A stretch of DNA of 63,792 nt, counting the filler, from Octopus bimaculoides (Eukaryota): the NCBI RefSeq assembly GCF_001194135.2. It is 8 parts of 8 records of this genome, joined end to end, with 100 filler letters (N's around TTAATTAATTAA, not from the genome) between each part and the next. Parts side by side here need not be neighbours in the genome. Positions count along the whole stretch, not along the records: positions 1 to 7,102 come from NC_068996.1; positions 7,203 to 25,517 come from NC_068990.1; 6 more parts are not named here. The stretch is one strand, 5' to 3'. This document shows, in pieces, positions 1-12,535 of this stretch (positions within the stretch are counted from its first letter, which is position 1; each line of letters starts with the position of its first letter). A model generated the notes under the pieces. It did no database searches. It was not told where the DNA came from and was given only the letters and a program-made list of their open reading frames with translations. A program made the translations under genes and the position numbers.

Positions 1-12
1 TATATATGGATA

Positions 13-168
13 CAATGGGCTTCTTTCAGTTTCCATCTATCAAATCCACTCACATGGCTTTGACCAGCCTGAGGATATAGTAAAAGTGGCTTGCAAAAAT
101 GCCACACAGTGAGACTAAATCTGCAGCCATTTGGTTGGGAAGCAAACTTCTTACCACACAGCCATGCC

Positions 169-170
<2 letters not shown>
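13..170 (-). mobile_element. tRNA-derived SINE family A, 5' half
   Basis: Reverse complement of the head gcaggcatggctgtgtggtaagaagtttgcttcccaacc...gaaactgaaagaagccc, which recurs many times in the window. Confidence 0.8.
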
Positions 171-207
<37 letters not shown>

Positions 208-221
208 ATATATATATTTAA

Positions 222-939
222 GTTAGTTGAAATATGTTTGTCACTTATTTCAACTGCTAAAAGGCAAATACAATGCAGTTACCATGGAGAAAAATTTCTA
301 TTATGGTAAAATGGTGTGAAAACACCCAGTTCGTTCTGTGTCGCCATCTGTTAAGAATCTCAGGCATCGATGTTTCAAGTTTTTTGACTCTTGTCAATGA
401 GATTTACTTAAGAGAGGCAATCCTGAACGAACTTAATAAAGCTTTAGCTTTATATATAATTCAGTCAACACATTGACTGATTTGCATTAGTACATCACCC
501 AATCAAGTAAATAACGAAGCATTGGCACAAAGCAGTGTTTAGGTATGAGCATAATTTAGGTTAGTTGAAATATGTTTGTCACATATTGTCACCATTCTAC
601 CATAAGAGAGATTTTTCTCCATGGTATCTGCAGTGTATTTATTTGCCTTTTAGCACAAATCAGTCAAGCTATAGCTTTATTAAGTTCATTCAGGGTTGCT
701 TCCCCTAGGTTCATCTCATTGACAAGAGTCAAAAAACTCAAAACATCAATGTTTGCGATTCCTAATAGATAGCGACACTGAACGAAGTGGGTGTTTTCAC
801 ACCATTTTACCATAAGAGAGATTTTTCTCCATGGTAACTGCAGTGAATTTTGCCTTTAGCAGTTGAAATAAGTGACAAACATATTTCAACTAACCTAAAT
901 TCTGCCCATACCTAAACACTGTTTTGTGCCAATGCTTCG
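222..939. repeat. Nested fold-back (inverted repeat) element
   Basis: 222-445 is the diverged reverse complement of 673-894; 515-582 pairs with 872-939; ~590-650 is a direct copy of ~800-862. Confidence 0.85.
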
Positions 940-1002
<63 letters not shown>

Positions 1003-1007
<5 letters not shown>

Positions 1008-1100
1008 AGAATGGAGAAACAAACACAAGAAGAAGCAAGTCAACTGGGCTAGTTAGCCATTGACTTGCTTCTTCTTGTGTTTGTTTCTCCATTCTCCACA
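1003..1100. repeat. Perfect 41-bp inverted repeat with a 16-nt spacer
   Basis: tgtggagaatggagaaacaaacacaagaagaagcaagtcaa at 1003-1043; exact reverse complement at 1060-1100. Confidence 0.95.
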
Positions 1101-1446
1101 TAATTATAATTATAAACTGTGGTTTAAACAATAAATTACCTGCCTCTGGATACCTTTTAATGAAGACGGTACCCACACAAGTAATTTCCAGGAGTGCCTT
1201 CGGATTTAAATATCCCCTGGTTGCTTATATACTTCAGACTACCCCTGAAATACTGAAACAATCCTATCATTTACCTATATATATATATATATATACATAC
1301 ACACAATAAAGCAGGCTCCTCTCTCTCTTAAAATATTTCAAGGTGTTTTGTCTGACACTGAAACAATTCAATAATAGTAAAAAAAACAATAAGAGTTTCT
1401 AACAAGGTTACCAGGCAAGAAATTTGGTGCAGAGGCTAGTAGCCAA

Positions 1447-1848
1447 TTAATCCCCTTGATACCGACCTGCTTCAGACTGCCCTTGGCTCTATGCTATAAA
1501 TTCCCAATTTTAATGTGATCTAAATTCAAATCTTCTATCAAAATTCCATGTTAATTTATGTCCCAAACACTAGCTTATAAATGACAGTTATTTCACTAAA
1601 TTTCTGGTTATTTTCAAAATTGATTAAAACAAAGGTAGTATATTTCAGCTGAAATATAGTAACAGAAGAGTTAAAGTGATCTAAATTAAAACCTCTCATC
1701 AAAATTCCATGTTAATTAATGTTCCAAACACCCACTTATAAAAGACAAAGTTATTTTACTAAATTTTTGATTATTTTCAAAACTAATTGAAACAAAGGCA
1801 GTGTTTGGTTAACATACTTCAACAGAAATATGGTAACAAAAGTGTTAA
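1447..1848 (+). mobile_element. TTAA-bounded (piggyBac-like) MITE with tandem ~160-170 bp internal units
   Basis: Starts ttaatccccttgatacc; units end gtaacagaagagttaa and gtaacaaaagtgttaa; unit gatctaaatt...aaaattccatgttaatt is duplicated. Confidence 0.6.
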
Positions 1849-2242
1849 TAAAACACTGCCTGTGTTATCTGCCACATCTTCACCACTAAACACACACACC
1901 CCACATGCACACACACACACACACCATATGGTATTGATGAATAACATTTTCCCAGTAGAGTTCAGTTACTTGGCAGTTATCATACCAATCAGCAGATGTA
2001 TATGTTTCTAGATTTGTGTGTGTGTGTGTGTGTTTTTCTTAGGGTTCTTTCATTTCATAGTTATTATCTTCCCTAACGAGTGCATATTGTGATTACGAGA
2101 TGATCGCTGAAGGTTACTGATTGCTGAAGGATACTGATTCCTAGTTAGATTCCTTCTGGTAAACTTTAAACTATGCAAGAATCTGCAACAATTATTCAGT
2201 TCTGTCCTCTATTGCTTTCACTTCAGTATAATTACTAAGGTT

Positions 2243-2455
2243 TAAGGCAGTGAGCTGGCTGAATTGTTAATACAACAGGAAAAATATTTAGCAATATTTC
2301 AGCCATCTTTACATTTGTGTTAAAATGCTATCAATGTCGACTCTGCCTTTCATATGTTTGGGGTCGATAAAATAAGTACCAGTTGAGTACTGGGGTCTAT
2401 GTAATCGAATTATTCCACTCCCTGAAATTGCTGGCGTTGAGCCAAAATATAAAGA
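2243..2455 (+). mobile_element. tRNA-derived SINE family B
   Basis: ggcagtgagctggctgaattgtta...gtcgactctgcctttcat...ggggtcgataaaataagtaccagttgagtactggggtc. Confidence 0.8.
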
Positions 2456-2524
2456 CAATAATTGCAAAAGTTCTTTAGAACCAAAAACATCAGAGTTCTG
2501 ATTCTTTCCTGCCACCTACAGATT

Positions 2525-2527
2525 TGT

Positions 2528-2565
<38 letters not shown>

Positions 2566-3115
2566 CGTGCGCATGTGTGTGTGTTTGAATTTGTATTGGT
2601 ATTGTGTATGTGTGTGCATATGGGGCTTAGATGTGTATGGATGCATGGAAGTGTATGCATGTGTGGATGTGTGTGTGTATGGGTGGAGGTGATTGCATGT
2701 GTGTGCATGTGTTGTGTATGTGTGTGTATATGTATGTATGTATGCATGTGTATCGGTCAGGGGAGTGCAAAGTATGAATATGCAAGGGTGTATATATAAG
2801 AATGAATGTATGCATGTGTGTGTATGCATGTGTGTGTATGTGTGAGTATGTGTGCATTGGATATGTTTGTACATGTGTGTGCATTAGAGTTTATATATGC
2901 ATGAATGTGTATATGTGAGAAAATGTGAATGTGTGTGTGTGAATGTTCGGGTGTACGTGTATGAGTCTCTGTGTGTGTTTGTGTATATGATTGTGTGCAT
3001 GTGTGTGTGTGTGTGTAGGCCTGTATTTGTGTCTTTGTATGCCTCTGTGTTGGTATATGCATTATATATACTTGTACACCTGTGTATGTATATGTGTATG
3101 TATATTATTTATGTA
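2525..3115. repeat. Degenerate (GT)n/(GTAT)n microsatellite
   Basis: Direct inspection. Confidence 0.95.
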
Positions 3116-3387
3116 CATCTTATTTTAATAGCTTAATCAGAACAGGAAAGGGAATGCCATTATGACCCTTTACAGGGCCTCCAAGAATGGTGGGAAGGAG
3201 AGAGGGGTGGGGACACGGGGAAGTGGTCGTCAAACCAAAGACCTAGACTAAATGTTTGTAGCAGAGTGGATTCCCACTAAAGACCCTTAAGGACCAGGTG
3301 GTGATGGTGATGGTGATGGTGGTGGTGGTGGTGGCAGTGATAGTGGTGGTGGTGGTGGTGGTGGTGGTATTATAGTTGACAACAGAT

Positions 3388-3756
3388 AAACTCTTTTGAT
3401 ACCAACTCACATGAGACCACCCCTGGTTCTGTGATATAAACTTCCGGCTTTAAAGCAATTAAATTAAAAATTTTTATGTATCAAACCCTGCTTAATAATC
3501 ACAAATTTATTTTAGTAAATTCTTGATTATTTTCAAAATTATGATTGGAAAAAAAACCCAGTGTATTTCAACAGAAAAAAGGTAACAAAAAGGTTAAAGT
3601 GAACTAATTCAAAATCCATATCATCAAAGTTTCAGGTTAATGTATGTACCAAATACCTGCTTAATAATGACAAAGTTATTTTGATAAACTTTTTGTTATT
3701 TTCAGAATTAAGTAAAACAAAGGAAGAAAACCGGAATATGGTAACAGAAGCATTAA
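3388..3756 (+). mobile_element. Second copy of the TTAA-type MITE with tandem units
   Basis: ctcttttgataccaactcacatgagaccacccctggttc...ggtaacaaaaaggttaa...gtaacagaagcattaa; similar to 1447-1848. Confidence 0.6.
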
Positions 3757-4169
3757 GCCTACCACTCCAAAGCAGAAATGGCAGTTCTTCCAAAAGACTT
3801 CTTATACAGTTTCCATCTACTGAATTTCAATGACAATGCTTTGGCCACACCATACCTATGGTAGAAGAAACTTGTCTAAGTAAGATACAATGCCATGGAA
3901 TTGAACTCAGAATGGTGCTGCTGTTTCTGTGAAACAAAACTCTTGATCACATCCGCATACCCCCAACCAATTCATTCAATCTGGAAAATATGCTTTGGAT
4001 TTGAACTGAAGACCTAATCTACAAGGTGGTACTGTAACATTTAATGCAGTCGGCTCATTTGACAAGAGTCTTTTATTATAGCACTGGGCCAACCAAAGCC
4101 TTGTGAGTGGATTAAGTAGGCAGAAACTCAAACAAGTCTGTTGTGTGTTTATATGTACATATATTCTTT

Positions 4170-4538
4170 GATTCTTTTACTTGTTTCAGTCATTTGACTG
4201 CGGCCATGCTGGAGCACTGTCTTTAGTTGAACAAACTAACCCCAGGACTTATTCTTTGTAAGGCTAGTACTTATACTATTGATCTCTTTTGCCGAACTGC
4301 TAGGTTACAGGCACATAAACACACCAATATTGGTTGTCAAGTGATGGTTGTGGTGGTGGGGGGGGGGGACAAACACAAACACACACATATACAACGGGCT
4401 TCTTTCAGTTTCCGTCTATCAAATCCACTCACAAGGCTTTGGTTGGCCGAGGCTATAGTAGAAGACACTTGCCCAAGGTGCCATGTAGTGGACCTGAACC
4501 CGGACCCATATGGCTGGGAAGTAAGCTTCTTACCACAT
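4170..4538 (-). mobile_element. SINE family A, near full length
   Basis: Head, central microsatellite and tail (ccagcatggccgcagtcaaatgactgaaacaagtaaaagaat) all present. Confidence 0.9.
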
Positions 4539-4809
4539 ATTTCATATATGTGCAAGTGTATATATNNNNNNNNNNNNNNNNNNNNNNNNNNNNNNNNNNN
4601 NNNNNNNNNNNNNNNNNNNNNNNNNNNNNNNNNNNNNNNNNNNNNNNNNTCTTTATTACATGGAAAAATGAAATAAATCTTCATATTTCAATGTCAGCTC
4701 CAGTGGTGTCAACCAGGTTCCTCAAACGGCCAGGGATGGAATGAACAACCAGCTGAAGGATGTCATCTGGGATATCATTGAGAACCTTCTGAATCCGTGT
4801 CTCCAAGTC

Positions 4810-4978
4810 CTCTCGGAGTGGTTGGCGTTAGGAAGGGCATCCAGCTGTAGAAACTCTGCCAAATCAGATTGGAGCCTGGTGTAGCCATCTGGTTTCACCA
4901 GTCCTCAGTCAAATCGTCCAACCCATGCTAGCATGGAAAGCGGACGTTAAACGGCGATGATGATGATGATGATGATGA
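4810..4978 (+). mobile_element. RTE-type LINE/SINE 3' end with (GAT)n tail
   Basis: ggttggcgttaggaagggcatccagc...gcatggaaagcggacgttaaacggcgatgatgatg; same tail at ~8478-8590 (-) and ~10905-11035 (+). Confidence 0.7.
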
Positions 4979-5428
4979 TATGGATAGTTTATCCTGTTCA
5001 TGCTATTGTTTTAGCATCATCATGTGTTTGAGAATAAATTATTCCTGTATCTCTCATATATATATGTTTATATATATATTTATATATACACTCAATAAAA
5101 CTATATAAAGAGACCCTCCGCAAAGTTTTCTCAAAACAATTTGAAAATCCTACACGACTAGGTGAAAAGCGCTTTATTTAATATGTGACATTAATAAAAA
5201 TCTGTAAATGTACAAACATCCAGATTTCTGAGTACCTTAATTTTTTTCTATATAATTTCTGTACATCACCTCCAAACCTTCAAATGCACCAGCATGACAG
5301 CAGCCACTTGGCTGAAACACATAAATAAATAAATAAATATATATATACATACATATATATAATTACATATGTATATATATTTCATTTTTGGTTTTCAAAA
5401 TTCTTTATGTGATTTTGTGTGTTGAAGC

Positions 5429-7069
5429 ATATTCTGTTGTGTCTGGGGGGAGGGTCATTCTCTTTTAGTGCCTTATAATTTAGCACACTCACCGGTAAAA
5501 TTTCCACTCATTTCCTTCTTTATCTTTCTAAAATTTTCTTTGTGTTTTGCAACCTTTTCAATAGTTTTTGACTCTGTCCATTATTCACACTGTGTTCTTT
5601 TTGTTTGTTTGTTTGTGTGCATGTGTGTGGGTCAGTGTGTGTGTGTGCATACACATCTATGTTATACATACATGTATGTCTGTGTATGCATTATATGTGT
5701 ATGTGCATATGTATATATATGTATGTACATTTGCATGTATGTATTCTGCATATTCATTTTTTTCTGTGGCCATGTTTGTGTGTGTGTGTTTGCATGTGTG
5801 TGTGTGTGGGTATGTGTGTGTGTGTGGGTATGTGTGTGTGTGTGTACACCTCTGTCTCTTTGTGTGTGTATGTCTGAGTGTGTGTGTGTGTATGGGTTTT
5901 TTGCAACTATGTACTGTGTTTGTATGTATGGATGTGTATCTCCATATGAGTGGACGCGTGTCTCCATATGTGTCCTTGTGTGAAGTGAAGTGTGTGTGTA
6001 TGTATGGTCATGTGTTTCAGTCTTCATTTGTGTATGTGTGCTTGTCTGTTCATATAACCTATGTACCTGTCCGTCTGTATGTCAATCTGTTTACTTTCAT
6101 ATCCATATGCCTACATATTCGTGCATACACATATACACACACCCACATACACACATCTATGTACATAACAGCCCACTAACTATTCTACTCTATCTGTATA
6201 AACTGTGGGTATGATATCTACTATGTATATTTCCTATTTAGTATTGGGGAAGTTTCATTTATGAGGACGTATTCCTGTATTTGTCTGAGTGTTGGGTCCT
6301 TTGGGTGCTTGGATAAGATGCGGATGTCAAGTTGACCCAGGTTGCTTCCATGCTGGTAGAATATGGAGGACTGTTTTTTGTCGTCATAATGTCTCAAATG
6401 TTCATTTAGTCATTCCACAATGCTCCTAGATGTCTCCCCTATGTATGTCATATTCATCTCTTTACAAGCACCTTCTATGCATCTTATGCTGTAAACTACA
6501 TTTCTAGTTCTACAGTTAATGCCAGGGCTAATCCTACATACCATGCAGTTATCATTGGTGCATATGGTATTCTCAAAGGGATACATCCTACATAGTTGTG
6601 ATCTGATGAAATTCTTTGGCTTTTCAACAATCTTAATGTTGAGTTTGGTCTCCTTTAGAGCTTTCCTAAATCTACGGGCTAGTTCTCCATGGGCTGTGGC
6701 CTCTACAAATATTACTCCTTGATATTTGTTGGTTTTATACCATGTTCACCCTGTTTGCTTTGTTGCAAGTTCTTCGTATCCTATTCCAGTTTTTGTTTCT
6801 ATATCTAGGGCAGGTACCACTGATATCATTACATATAATGTTATCTAAATAGATAACATTATATGTAATGACCCACACACATGTGCACAAACAAACAAAA
6901 AGAACGCAGTGTGAACAACAGACAGAGTCAATAACTACTGAAAAGGTTGCAGGACTCAACGAAAATTTTAGAAAAATAAAGAAAGAAATGAGTGGAAATT
7001 TTACTGGTGAGTGTGTTAAATTATAAGGCACTAAAAGAGAATGACCCTCCCCCCAGACACAACAGAGTA

Positions 7070-7072
<3 letters not shown>
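5429..7072 (-). mobile_element. Penelope-like element fragment: GIY-YIG endonuclease region between inverted ~200-bp repeats
   Basis: ~6830 to 6230 (-) reads ...CTNDNCMVCRISPGINCRTRNVVYSIRCIEGACKEMNMTYIGETSRSIVE*LNEHL...; 5429-5634 and 6869-7072 are inverted copies. Confidence 0.8.
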
Positions 7073-7102
<30 letters not shown>

Positions 7103-7559
7103 NNNNNNNNNNNNNNNNNNNNNNNNNNNNNNNNNNNNNNNNNNNNTTAATTAATTAANNNNNNNNNNNNNNNNNNNNNNNNNNNNNNNNNNNNNNNNNN
7201 NNCAGCGAATACAAAATTTGTTCGTACAACGAACACACAAAAAACTCACCAAGGAAAGCGAAGATGCCACACCGCTGGACAACAATTTACTAAAAAAATA
7301 AATAGAAGCAATAAATTTCTGCCCAGCTGAGCAACAAAAACGACTTACTCCGGCGAATTCTTCAATTTTTCCTTCTTTAGACAGAGCCGAAACCCATGTC
7401 TATCTTCGTTCACAGCAAGTAGCCAGTCTGACGCACATGCGCAGTGAGCAAACCGGAAGTAAGCAAACTACTTACCACACAGCCACTCCCAAAAAATAGA
7501 ATTGGTATCTTCTGCAAGTCATTACTTCAACAAACTTGGCATATCTTTTTTTTTTTTCT

Positions 7560-7940
7560 TTTTGTGTTCCAACCACTAGACTGTGGCCATGCTGAGGCAC
7601 TGCCTTGAAATAGTTTAGCTGAACAAATCGACCCAAATGCTTATTTCTAATTTTAAGCTAGGCACTTCTTCTATAGGTCTCTTTTGCTGAAGTTATAGGA
7701 ATGTAAGCACACCAACACCAGTTGTCAGATGGTGGTGATAGGTGGACAAACACAGACAAAAAGACACACACACATACACACAGCAAGCTTCTTTCCGTTT
7801 CTGGCTTCCAGTTTCCACTCACAAGGCTTTGGTCAGCCTGAGTCTATGGTAGAAGATACATGCCCAAGATGCCATGCAGTGGAACTGAACCAAGAACCAT
7901 ATGGTTGGGAAGCAAACTTCTTACCACACAGCCACACCTA
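7560..7940 (-). mobile_element. SINE family A
   Basis: Same head and tail motifs as 4170-4538. Confidence 0.8.
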
Positions 7941-8049
7941 GACCTATATCATCTCAACAAAACTAGTTTCAAACATGACATTATTCAACGAAAGATAAAT
8001 TGGTATTACAACTGCATTTTACAACAAAATTTGAGTGGATAAATCTGAT

Positions 8050-8475
8050 TTCTGCAGTAGATGGGATAAAAAGACATTATTAAGTACCCATTTGTTTCTA
8101 TTAGCTATAAAACCTGTTTTCACCTGAGATCCTACTGCACATCTTGTATACCCATTGATTGGATTTGGTACACAATATAGAGTTTCTGCATACCATGCAT
8201 GGCAATTTACCAGGCAGTACTAGTATCCTGTTTTCTTTCCTACTAATATGAACTTGCATTTGTATAAAATTGGCCTTTATGCCTTTCTTGGTTGTAAGAA
8301 CTAGATCGTCAGCATATATAAGTTCTCACAGCCAGCTTTAAATCCCTTTGTCATGATCTGAAGAAATATAATAAACAGGAGGGGTCTGAGAACTGCACCT
8401 TGATAGATGCTTACTTAGCAACAGGTTAAATTTTTCAGTTAACTTGCTGCTCATTCTCGCTTTACTGACATGTCT
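8050..8475 (-). mobile_element. Degraded RTE-clade LINE reverse transcriptase fragment
   Basis: Frameshifted motifs caaggtgcagttctcagacccctcctgttt (QG.VLSPLLF) and cttatatatgctgacgatctagttctt (LLYADDLVL), followed by a Cys-rich region. Confidence 0.75.
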
Positions 8476-8649
8476 TGCACAATTTGACCAGAGCTGGTTC
8501 CAGTCTGATTTGGCGTGGTTTCTACATCTGGATGCCCTTCCTAACTCCAACCACTTTACAGAGTGTGCTGTGTGCTTTTCACATGGCACCAGCATGCATA
8601 CATACACATGGTATATATATTCTGCACCTGGATGGGACACAGGTCTATA

Positions 8650-8805
8650 GCAGGATTACTCATTTTTGCCAGCCGAGTGTACTGGAACAATGTGAAAAGA
8701 AGTGTTTTGCTCAAGAACACAATGTGTCACTGAGTCCAGGAATCGAAACCACAATCTTACAATCATGAATCCAATACTCTGACCTCTAAGTCATATACCT
8801 CCACA
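8650..8805 (-). mobile_element. SINE family C/E head
   Basis: tRNA-like head followed by a ttgtgttcttgagcaaaacact-type central module. Confidence 0.7.
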
Positions 8806-9924
8806 CACAGTGCAAAGCATTTCACTGAACATAGTATCTCACCTGCCCTTGTTATTCTGGCTAGATATCAACTGTTTTTGTGAATGCGTGTATGTTCCAA
8901 TCCAACATGTACATTCTACACAACTACAATCATCTCTTCCTTTACCAAACTGAATTCATCCCACTAGCCTACTCCTTGATATTTGGTATCAGTTCCACAA
9001 CAGTTTCAATGTGAAATTCCTTAATCTGCTTTTGTATTTGGGTAGATTATACCTTTTACTTTTGGAATGCAAAGAGCCTTGGACAAAGCAATGTTCCTGA
9101 AGCCTCCGATAAACTACAGCTTACAGTGATTTGAATTGTGTTTTTGGACCTGTAATTCTCAACTTATTTAATATTCAGGCAAGATCCAAAACCTGGATAT
9201 TTTTAGGGGTCTGCCCACAAAAAGTAAAACACAAGTCAATTAAGAAAAACTTTATTATATTCAAAAAGGGAAGACTGTCAGGGGGTGGGGCACTGGAAGA
9301 ATGCATGAGGGCCACATGCGGTTCTGGGAACCACAGTTCAGAACCGATGCTCTAGACCCTGGGGCACCTGGAAAAGTGCCCAGTATGCCCGTGCCTAAAG
9401 GTGGTACAGTTTGTATGTGGTTAGCATTGCTGGAATAGCACCTCAAACTGAATCAAGAGAGAATTTTGGGTTTGTCCTTGTTTCTTCTAAGGTAATGATA
9501 TCATTTATAAAAACTTGCAGTGGTAATAGTAGAATGTGCATGCTGATATTCAATCCTTGATAGTAGCATATTGCTGATCTGTAAATTCTGTAGACATCAA
9601 GAAAAGGATTTGAAATGGTATGTCTTTTTATGATACCTATCCCCATTGACAGTCAGTGGGTCATGAATTCTTTCATGATGAGTCACATAAACCATGTGAT
9701 TACTCAGTTCACATAAGTTCTTTCACAAGTCTTGGATTGCAAGAGGGAAAGAAAATTAAAACTCATATTCTTTGCACATCAATGAGTGGGGAATCATATA
9801 CAAATATATACATACACATGTATTCTAAGTTTACAAATGTGTGTGTGTGTGTGTGTGTGCTTGTGTATTCACATATGCCTGCACAAACACATACACATAT
9901 TTATAAACATACACACATTTGTAA

Positions 9925-10151
9925 CACATATATATTCTTTTATTCTTTTATTTGTTTCAGTCATTTTGACTGCAGCCATGCTGGAGCAGCGCCTTTAGTC
10001 AAACAGATCGATGCCAGGGTTTATTCTTTGTAAGCCTAGTTCTTATTCTATCAGTTTCTTTTGCCAAACTGCTAAGTTACGGGGGTGCAAACACACCAAC
10101 ATTGGGTGTCAAGCGAGTGTGGCAAGGACAAACATAGACACACAAACATAT

Positions 10152-10208
<57 letters not shown>

Positions 10209-10273
10209 NNNNNNNNNNNNNNNNNNNNNNNNNNNNNNNNNNNNNNNNNNNNNNNNNNNNNNNNNNNNNNNNN

Positions 10274-10309
<36 letters not shown>

Positions 10310-10445
10310 GACAGGCTTCTTCCAGTTTCTCTCTACCAAATCCTGAGGGTATAGTAGAAGACACTTGCCCAAGGTGCCATGCAATAGGACTGAACCCGGA
10401 ACCATGTGGCTGGTGAGCAAGCTACTTACCACACGGCTACTCCTG
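9925..10445 (-). mobile_element. SINE family A (central microsatellite gapped)
   Basis: Head and tail motifs present. Confidence 0.85.
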
Positions 10446-10619
10446 CTGTGTGGTCAGTAGCTTGCTTACTTAATTCGAAATTATCCCTTATTGTGGTTTG
10501 GAGTTTGACAGCTCCTTCTAGCAGGTTAGATGTCCTATTATGGACATCTCTTATGTGTTTAAATGTACACTGTATGTGTGTGTGCATGAGAAGATCTGGC
10601 AAGCCAAGTGAGACCATAA

Positions 10620-11035
10620 TCTGAGGCCTCTGCCAGGGGTGTAACCAGCCCACTTATGCGTACCTTTCCTTCACTGGACACTAAACTCCACTTGCGAAGA
10701 CCTGTTGAGGCAAGTGAAATCGAAATCGAACCAAATTCGACGACTGGCACCCATGCCAACCTCTCCTTCATTGGACACTAAACTCGGCTTGCGAAGACCT
10801 GTTGGAGGCAAGTGAAATCGAAATTGTGATGGCACCTGTACCAGTAGAGTGCTAAGAGCACCGTCCGAGTGTGATCATTGCCAGAGCATCCATTACATTC
10901 TCGGTGTGGTTGGTGTTTGGAAGGGCATCCAGCCATAGAAAACCATGTCAAATCAGACTGAATCCTGGTGTGCCAGCCCAGCAAACTGTCCAACCCATAC
11001 CAGCATAGACAATGGACGTTAAATGATGATGATGA
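10620..11035 (+). mobile_element. RTE-associated 3' region with an internal tandem duplication and (GAT)n tail
   Basis: tggacactaaact...tgcgaagacctgttg...ggcaagtgaaatcgaaat occurs twice; ends ggacgttaaatgatgatgat. Confidence 0.65.
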
Positions 11036-11259
11036 TAGAAATATATAATATCATGTGTGTGTGTGTGTCCCCACAAAGAAAAAGGTGAAAGTGAAGTTTC
11101 ATTATGGCAGTGATTAATGAGTTTGACAGTGATGTCCAAGTTTTGTCATTCACTGGCAAAACTTTAACGTTACTGTCAAACTCTTTGTTAGGTATTGAGC
11201 ATTCTTTCAGTTGCAGCTTAATTATTTGATTTTACACAAAACAGACATTTACAAATACA

Positions 11260-12134
11260 TACAAAGGTCATTAAAAAAAGTATCTAACTTTTTACTCCTG
11301 GAGTACAGACATGTAGTTTGGGCGCATCAGATTTTCGTTTTCACCAAATGCATCAAGCAGAGATACTGTATCAAGTTTTGCCAAAAACTTGGTGATAATT
11401 AACCTTAAGCCATCCGGAAGATTCAGTGAGCCTTTGGTGATGATGCCATGGGTAAAACTCAGATCAAGGAGTGGTACAACTGTTTCAAATATGGCTACAC
11501 TTCCATGGAGAGTGAGGCACACTCAAGCAGGCCATCCACAAGCTGAAATGAGGAGCCAATTGAGAAGGTTTGGTGAATAATCATGGAAGACCATCATGTA
11601 GCAATCCAGGAAATTACTCATGAAGTGGAAATGAGGATGGGATCAATGCATTCCATTTTACCCGAGGATTTGTGCATGCAGAGAGGGTTGGCAAAATTCG
11701 TCCCCAAGGTGCTAGCAGAGTAGTAGAAGTAGAAGCAACTCCACATGGAAATTGCTCAGGACATGCTGGACTGTGAAATCCAAGACCTAGATGCCACCTT
11801 ACAAGGATTTTAAAGTTACTTTCAAAATAGCACGACATCAGCAGTTTAATTTTCAATTATTATTGGATGATCTAAGGTAGCAAGCTGGCAGAGTCGTTTT
11901 TTCGCCACTTGATGCATTCAGTTATCTTGCATGAAAACAAAAATCTGACAAATGCATACTACACATCTGTACTCTAAGGCATAACAGCTTGGACCTTATA
12001 CAGCCTATCAGCACAAAAATGTTCATGCATATGCAGAAAGGGTGGCATTATCTCCCACCCAGAGAATTTTTCCCTTGTGATATTAGTTTTGGCAGGAAAG
12101 AATAAATTCAGATAATGTTTGAATGCACCTCATA
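11260..12134 (+). mobile_element. Degraded, internally deleted mariner retaining the N-terminal HTH region
   Basis: QRYCIKFCQKLGDN...DDAMGKTQIKEWYNCFKYG...SRPSTS...KFVPKVL, with stops and frameshifts; loose TA-flanked TIR-like ends. Confidence 0.8.
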
Positions 12135-12535
12135 CACACACACACACACACACACACTCATACATGCATACATACATGCATACTTACATGCTTGGTGGCT
12201 GTCAGCTTGTAAACAAGCATGACCATCACTGACAAATTATCTTATCCTAGAGATTAAAGACAATGGCTGTCAGCAATGCCCATGCTGAAATTTAAAATCA
12301 ATAACAGCTTACACAACATCACTAAAACTCACTTACAAAGCCAAGCACTCCAGAAACAAGCAAGAGCGAGATCTCCAGCTTTGCAACATGGCATGTGTTA
12401 TTTCAGAATTTCCTTCTCTTCAAGAGATGTCTAAACAAAGACTAAGCTTCTTGTAATCTAAGCTGTTGGAAGGCAGTTGACTCTACTGAGTTCATCCATC
12501 TTTTGACACATTTTGTTTATCATTGTACAGAAAGG

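Noticed and set aside
1138-1243. - strand exon-like segment with a GCAG|gtaatt donor
   Set aside because: The best acceptor frame stops before the donor and no peptide is recognisable; unresolved.
2410-3136. His/Thr-rich and Cys/Val-rich ORFs (also ~5468-6214, 53137-54217, 60997-61474)
   Set aside because: (CA)n/(GT)n translations, not metal-binding proteins.
7147-7158. TTAATTAATTAA embedded in N runs (also 25562, 27983, 37275, 40469, 46914, 62495)
   Set aside because: An identical 12-mer always centred in gaps, with stops in all six frames: an assembly linker, not biology.
9060-9080. tttggaatgcaaag resembling FGNAK
   Set aside because: Out of frame by one base, with no flanking LEA or TVRNNNSSRF.
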